From: Chrysomallon squamiferum
Taxonomy: Eukaryota > Animalia > Mollusca
NCBI GenBank assembly: GCA_012295275.1
Contig: CM022667.1
Span: 6,138,001 to 6,202,000 of the forward strand
DNA length: 64,000 nt
Direction: 5' to 3'
In this document: one piece after another, positions 56,442-64,000 of the stretch
Numbering within the stretch: position 1 is the first letter of the stretch
Layout: each line of letters starts with the position of its first letter
The notes under the pieces: generated by a model
Databases searched by the model: none
Told to the model about the DNA's origin: nothing
What the model saw: the letters and a program-made list of their open reading frames with translations, nothing else
Program-made: the position numbers and the translations under genes

Positions 56442-56659
56442 GTAAGTATAAATAAAACATTCTTAGTTAATTAATTAAGTCTGTCTGTCTGTCTGTATAT
56501 ACACACATATATTGTATGCATATTAATAGAAATTTATGTTGAACATTAACTGCATATATTATCCAATTTTCATAAATACATTCAGTTTATATTAATATAT
56601 GTCAAAAAGAAAAACAACAAATAAATAAATAATATATACCTTGTTACTTCTTAATAAAC

Positions 56660-56755
56660 ACCATCCAAAGTCACAGGCTGGTGTCTACACGTGTACAGCT
56701 GTCAACACAAACTCAAACAAATCAAATTACACAACAGTTACACTGGATGTCCTGT
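56660..56755 (+). pseudogene. Gene B 3'-half Ig exon remnant
   Basis: Reads SQAGVYTCTAVN...VTLDVL then gtgagt. No acceptor. Confidence 0.8.
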
Positions 56756-57101
56756 GTGAGTTGGATTTATCAATAAAATAATTTAATTTCATTCTTTAAT
56801 AATACTGAATCTATTAGGATGACAAAAGGTTAACTGTACCTTTATAATCTTGTTTATATAAAAGAAATTTTAAGACAAATTCTGTTAAAATCTATGACAG
56901 TTATGTATTCAGTTAAATTTGATTGATTTTATCATTGCAAATATTGCATTAGAAGTTAGATTTTCTACCAACCCATGAAGGAGATTTAAAATTAATTATT
57001 TAATTATTTCTTAGTCATTAGAAATTTACCTAACAGCTAAATGACTAATTCCAGTGAGAATTGTTTTATTTTTTAAAAACAAATCATTATTTATTTATTT
57101 A

Positions 57102-57146
<45 letters not shown>

Positions 57147-57245
57147 TAAAAAGGATTCATTCTTTATATATATTTTTAATTTTCAAATTTTTTTTAATCC
57201 ATCTCTCTGCAATATATTTTTCTATGAATTTAACTTATATTACAG

Positions 57246-57524
57246 ATCAGACTTCAATAACCTCTTTGACTTTAAACTCAAAGTCTACAAAGATAACAGT
57301 TGATGAACTGAATCCTGTGTCTCTGAGATGTGAAGTTGACAGTAATCCAGCATCTCACATCAAACTGTTAAACAACTCACACATTCTACGTGAAGTGAAA
57401 AACTCCAAGTCAGTGGAGTACAGCTGGAATGAAGCTGGATGTCTGGATACAGGATTTTACACTTGTGAAGCAGGAAACAACATCAAGTCTGATGTCAGTC
57501 AAAGTGTGCAGCTTAATGTTACAT
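57246..57524 (+). CDS. Gene B Ig exon (intact)
   Basis: 279 nt, open. Reads QTSITSLTLNSKSTKITVDELNPVSLRCEVDSNP...GFYTCEAGN. Confidence 0.9.
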
Positions 57525-57743
57525 GTAAGTAATGTTGAACAATTATTTGTACTAGTAACAATAATAATATTGAAAGATATCACTTAAAATATGGGTCATT
57601 CTATGTCACATCAAGTTTTACCCCATTGAAATCTGATGTGAAATGCTACATTATTTCTTGCATTGGATCATTAAGAATGGGTTGCAGCCCACTTCTTTCT
57701 CAGTATCCCATGGATAGAATTGAATAAACATGGCATCTTCAAA

Positions 57744-57861
<118 letters not shown>

Positions 57862-58351
57862 TGTTAAAAGTTGATATTCTCAGCATTTTGTAATTGACTT
57901 TAATTTGAAATTGCAGTCATTTTAGCTACAACATTAAAAAGAAATCCAAAATAAAAAAGTGTTATTCGTTTATTTATTTGTTTAGATTTTTTAATTGCAA
58001 ACCAAAACAAATTATAAGTGTTTTGCTTTAGGAATTTTTATTTTCTTATTATTCATAAAGAAATAATAAGAAAGTAGCCTCCACATTTTATTTTTGTAAT
58101 TTAAATCAGCTCCAGTGTAACTAATAAAAGATTAAAATGAAAATACTTTGTTATTTTGAAATCATCTTTATTGTTATTTTCTAAAAAATCAATAAAAAGT
58201 CAATAAGTACATCAAAAAAATGTCATTGTTATGTCTTGCTATTTTATATTATGTTAACTTTCTGTTATAATAGAGTTAAATTTACATAAGTAAATATTTG
58301 TTTCAATACAGTCCTTACTGATAACAGTAATCACTAATTTCACTATTTCAG

Positions 58352-58657
58352 GTTCACCAAGACTTCATCATCGAGATACATTTCAGGACAAATTTGCTGA
58401 TGTAGAAGATGGAAATGTAACTCTACACATGTCTGTGATTGCCAATCCAGTTCCAACATTTACCTGGTATAAACTCACAGATGTAAACAATAAAAGTCTT
58501 GGATCTACACAACCTGTACTCACTACAAATGTGTCTGCTGTAGGTGAATATAAACTGACAAATGTTAAATAAGAAGATTTTGGAATCTATCAGGTTGCTG
58601 TGTCAAATGGAGGTTCAAGGAAGGATCTTGTCTTGAATTTATCTCTCAGTAAAATAG
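58352..58657 (+). pseudogene. Gene B Cys-less Ig exon with TAA
   Basis: Stop at 58570-58572, shared with the upstream copy. Confidence 0.88.
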
Positions 58658-58928
58658 GTAAAAACAAAGTTGGAATGAAAAATGTTTATCCCATACACAC
58701 TTTTCACCTACTTAGACTAGTATTACAGTCTCGGTTGTTTTCATTTATATTATGTGCTAGAATATGGCAACGTTTAATTTTGTCTGAAATACTGATTTTC
58801 TGAACATTATGTGTGTCCTTATTTGAAAATAGACAGATAGATATTGCATAATATCAATAGTGTTTAAACAAAATTCATAGTTCACTACTTCCTATTTTTC
58901 ACTATTTTGTAACGTTCTAAACTCAAAG

Positions 58929-59519
58929 GTCCTCCAACTGTTCCCTCTGACGTGAGAACTTGGACCACTGGTCCACATTCAGTGTCAGTGTCTTGGACAG
59001 AAGAATTTAATGGAGGATCGCAAAAAACATTTCTTGTACAGTATCGAAAAAATAAAATCTTCTTTATTTCAAATTACGTAATAAAGCCATTATACTCATA
59101 TATTTCTGTATAAATCATTCATTATCTCTTGCCCTCTGAAATGCGTAGACACACACAAAGAAAGACGTACAGAATTCAGGTTATTTGTGAGGATGTTACT
59201 TAATCTGAAAATATCCTCAAATGTCAGACATTAGTTCACTTTCATTCACATCATAGTTATTTAAATAAATAAAAATGAAATGCATTACACAAACGAAAAG
59301 TCTGAATTCAACCTCAGAATTGTGAGTTTTCATACACACTGAGTACAGAGTATGGTGAGTTTTTTCTCACTTCCAATGATGAGTAATTGTTTGATGTATC
59401 TGTGTTGCTCTCAGCATCTGACAAATAAAGCAAGTCGTATAGCTGACAGACTACAGGTACAGTAGCAGTTGTAACAGTGTTAGTAATATTGTAAGAAAGT
59501 AACAGAGGAAGTAATACAG
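58929..59519 (+). pseudogene. Gene B decayed FN3 and TM remnants
   Basis: Reads GPPTVPSDVRTWTTGPHSVSVSWTEEFNGGSQKTFLVQYRK, and TTGTVAVVTVLVIL* near 59450-59495. Confidence 0.72.
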
Positions 59520-59724
59520 TGGGTTCACTTTGTATCTGATAAAATGTAAAATACGTACTTTTTTTTTTTTTTTTTTTAAATTACATTTCATCTTTCTTTC
59601 ATCTGTTACACTTTTGTATTATATACTGAACTTGACTTAAAATGTAAAATAATTACTTATACAAGTTTTTTTTTTTTTTTTTTTAAATTACAACGTTTCA
59701 TCACTCAACATCACAGAAACTTTT

Positions 59725-62700
59725 TCATCTGTTACACTTTGTATTTATATACTGAACTTGACTGTGCCAAAGATCGTCATAGAGAGAAGATTCCTGTACT
59801 CCAGTGTTAAACTGTCTGAAACAAACAAAACATTCAGAAGTAGAGAATTACTGTATCTGCGTCCATGCATCGGTATGTGTGTTTCTGTCTGTGTGTGTAC
59901 TGTTTCCTCCGTTCTATTTATTATTTATTTATTTATTTTCCTATTCACAGTACCCTTATCACTATATATGGCAAAGAAATATATTTGTTGTGAGTACAGG
60001 TTGTGTAGGTCTAAGACTTTTATTGTTTACATCTGTCAGTTTATACCAGGTAAATGTTGGAACTGGATTGGCAATCACAGAAATGTGTAGAGTTACATTT
60101 CCACCTTCTACAGCAGCAAATTTGTTCTGAAATGAAACTCGATGATCAAGCCTTGGTAAACCTGTAGAGAATAAATTATTTTTATTAAGACGAGAAGAGA
60201 AAAAAAATAAAATAATAATAATAATAGAAATAATAATCTTTAATGACATACATGTAACATTAAGCTGCACACTTTGACTGACATCAGACTTGATGTTGTT
60301 TCCTGCTTCTCAAGTGTAAAATCCTGTATCCAGACATCCAGCTTCATTCCAGCTGTACTCCACTGACTTGGAGTTTTTCACTTCACGTAGAATGTGTGAG
60401 TTGTTTAACAGTTTGATGTGAGATGCTGGATTACTGTCAACTTCACATCTCAGAGACATAGGAGTCAGTTCATCAACTGTTATTTTGTAGACTGAGTTTA
60501 AAGTGAAAGAAGTTATTGAAGTCTGATCTGCAGCAAGTAAAAACACTGCAGAGTATTTTGTTAAATACATTTGAACATTAAGTAACAAATATTTTTGCAC
60601 ATTCAGTAGACTTAATCATTCATATTGGGTTGTTAACAAATCATTAAAATATTTGATATGTAACATGATATGGCTAAAAACAATTTTAAAGTTCTCTTGA
60701 AAGTATATGTATTTTAAAAAGCAGGAAACAGTTTCACTTTTCACAGATTGTATTTCTGTATTAAGAACGAAATCAATGCTTTGAAGGAGACTCTGAATTC
60801 AGGTGCCATTCTTGTTGTTTTAACTCTAAACACCAGTGTTGAATTTTAGCAGATACAGAAGTATGTGGATGTCAGACAGTGAAGCAAATTTGAAAGAAAA
60901 GGACTCAACTGATTGAAATTAATCAACTGAAATTAATCATGTTTATAAAAAACCAAAAAATGAAGTCCTTGAAGGAAAAGCATATGCAGTTAATGAATTG
61001 ATGAAGAATGTTCTAGAGACAATGTAGTTAGAACCAGAGTCTACAAGATAACAACTGAAATTCTCCTGTGTAATGTCAGTCTGAAATAAAAAAATATATA
61101 TATATATCATGTGAACACAACCTGAAAATAATTATGTATGTATGTATGTATGTATGTATGTATGTATGTATGTATGTATGTACGTACGTACGCATGCATT
61201 GTTGGCTGTTTATACAGCCTGAAATAAAGCATAAGTCACTTTTAAATTATTTACATTTAACAGTGATTAGCATATAGTAAATTTAATTCATCGACTTATC
61301 TTTGCAGACTGAGTCTAAAGTCAAAGATATTACTAAAGCATGATCTGTAACAAATAAACAATTACTGAAATTATTAATTATGTTTGACAGACAATTCTGG
61401 TAAAACACGTTTTACAAGTCTCCAACAGTTGAACTGATTTATTTTGATGAAGAACTACTGAACTAACAGGATGACGTCTGAATTTAAAAATTGTTATAAG
61501 CTCCTCTTTGTTATTTCTCTTTCTTCGTCTTTTTTCTTTTTTTTTTTTTTATCTTTGTAATTTAACCAGTCTATATTTATTTATTCATTTATTTATTTAT
61601 TTATTTATTAAATTATCTATGTTTTCGAGTAGGTAAACTGAACTTTATTACCCTTGTATATCTCAGATAATACAAAAACTTGAAAATCAGTAAAAATATT
61701 ATAAATGTGATTACATTATTTTTCTGAATGTATTTCATTTTGACAAAACATTTAGAATTGAAACTTTTGTCACCATTTTCCTGTCTTTATGTTTCTTCTT
61801 TTCCCCCTTTTTCTTCTCCGTTTTCTATATATATATTCTTTTTCTTTTTATAAGCTTTCCCTCTTTATTTAATTTTGAGTTTTTAATGTGTATAAAATAC
61901 AGTACATTTATTCAAGAACATCATTCATGTCATTATTTATTTCTATCTTTGTTAAACAAATATTAAAGTGCAAATAAAAATCCTGTTTGAAAATCAAATT
62001 CTCTAAGTTTACTTACACTGAACATCCAAGGTAACAGTTTTGTTTTTTGACTTGTTTGTGTTTACATTGGTGACAATACGCACACAGACTCCAGCCTCAC
62101 ACGAAACAGCCACGTTTTTACCTTCTAATACCTGTACTGGTGAATTTCTGTTCAGTTTAACATTTTCTGGACCAACTGAAAATGAAAATAAATAATTTGT
62201 TTTGCTTTTTTCTTTTTGTTTTAAATGATAATAATATTAGTGCTAATAATAAAAAAGAAAAAGAAAGAAAATAATTGTGCTTTCTCTTTACGGTAACTTA
62301 ATAAATTAAATTACAAAACAAAAATAGCCTAAATTTTATAATATTATTACTAATTATTTCACACTCACACATATACACATACTGAAAATTTACCTTTAAA
62401 TTATTAATAAAAAATCTGTTTAATAATTATTTCATTCTTCATATTTTTACACACTGAAATAAACGTTTAACAAATGATAATTTGTAAGAAAACACGTTAA
62501 ATTTTACACTTGTTCAAAAATGCCAGTTTAGTTTTAAATACTGAAACCGGTCTTTGTTTTATACAAACATACATACATACATACATACATAAAACAGTAT
62601 TTCGTAGATTTATTCTGCAGATTTGATCAGATTGCTAATAGTAGCTAATAATACAAAAATAATTAACAATTTAGCACTGACAATAATAATATAAAATCAT

Positions 62701-63030
62701 TTGAAAACATAAAAATTTAATTTAGATCAGTTATAAATAAATAAATTTCTAAGATTATTTTTAAATAAAACTCGCAGTGTACTTTCAGAGTGAAACTTTT
62801 AGTGAGAGATTTGGCTGAGACTCTGTTAGTCACAGTACATGTGTACTTCTGTTCTGTCTGGTTTCTTCTCACATTTGTAACACTGAGCTCAGACCCTGAC
62901 TCAGTCTGTTGATTGTTAAGAGACCAGGAAAACAAACATGGCGGCTTGCAGACAGCAACACAGTTTACATTCAAATCATCTCCTTCGTCAACATTTCCTG
63001 GTAAACTGAACACAACACTGTCTGGCCCAC
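59725..63030 (-). pseudogene. Gene A downstream copy, 3' exons (63030-62776, 62175-62017, 60527-60252, 60161-~59982, 59815-59725)
   Basis: Same exon series as 6757-3459. The first and third exons are in frame, but a Cys codon is changed to TGA at 60310-60312. Confidence 0.88.
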
Positions 63031-63298
63031 CTGAAAAAAATAAATAATAACAAGAAATAAATAAGTAAAAACATAATAAATATAAGTATGCACATTGAAT
63101 AGTATACAACCTTGCCCATCTGAAACAATATTATAAATTGTATAATTTACTTGTCACTCCGTGTGATCTAAGCAATTAAAGTAAAGTCAACAAAATATTG
63201 TAAAGTCAGAACAGAATTTTATGTGGAATATTTATATATATATAAAAAAGATATACAAAATGTGATAAATAACAATAATAATAATAATAATAATAATA

Positions 63299-63358
<60 letters not shown>

Positions 63359-64000
63359 ATTATAATAATAAGAAGAAGAAGAAATAAAAAGAAATAAAAT
63401 AAACTAGTTTATTAAAACATTTCTAAACAAATATATAATTTTCTGTTTTATTGATATTAATGAACTCAGCTATGAAATAAAGAAATAAAAGAAACAAAAA
63501 ATAATTTTCTGTATCGTGGTAGATATTCTATCTCTGCCAATCTTTATTACAAAGCTAATGAATCTGTTTATACATTTAATATTTTATAATTCTTAATCCA
63601 TAATCTATTTTATTATAACATCACTGAAAGTTACATACAGCAGGTTTCTCAAATTGTAAAGCCAAGGTTTTCTTTTATTGGATCCATGTTCTGTTTCAGA
63701 GAAATACACTATTCATATTTGGAGTTTTGATATTCATCATTAGAACAAATGGAAATTCAAGTTTCCACTGCATTTTTTTAATTATCTTTCTTAGAAAAGA
63801 CCCATAATATTTGATAAAATAAACACATAATAAACACATAAATATGAATAAAACCAGTGAATTTATTTTAGAGTTTCTTGGTATTTTTTTGTAATGAATT
63901 TTTCCAACCATTTAGGTTAAACAAGATTTTGGCCCAATCTATATGATTATAAAAGGTTAGAGAAAACCAGAAATATATATACATCAAGACATGTACACAG

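Overview
This is AT-rich, microsatellite-rich eukaryotic DNA from an invertebrate; a mollusc is my inference from the Ig-domain and transposon style, not something the sequence proves. The window is a cluster of spliced immunoglobulin-superfamily (IgSF) receptor genes that the ORF track shows only as fragments. Gene A (minus, 20532 to ~3459) and gene B (plus, 39772 to ~59519) are paralogous, nephrin-like multi-Ig receptors: signal peptide, V-like domain, C2/I-set domains, plus an FN3 and TM remnant in B and a tyrosine-motif tail exon in A. Both are disabled. Gene C (minus, 37838 to 26366) is a single V-Ig receptor whose last exon carries an in-frame ITIM and ITSM pair, a PD-1/PECAM-like tail. 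Its only transmembrane candidate I could find is a splice-flanked (ATC/ATT)n microsatellite that reads as 23 isoleucines. B and C sit head-to-head about 450 bp apart. Positions 1-7712 recur near-identically at ~56110-64000, which implies a ~56 kb tandem unit or a haplotype duplication. One exon is identical between the inverted paralogs A and B while their introns are unrelated, which suggests exon-limited gene conversion. Introns carry remnants of Sola1, Sola2, pogo/Tigger, Tc1, MULE and R4/Dong elements.
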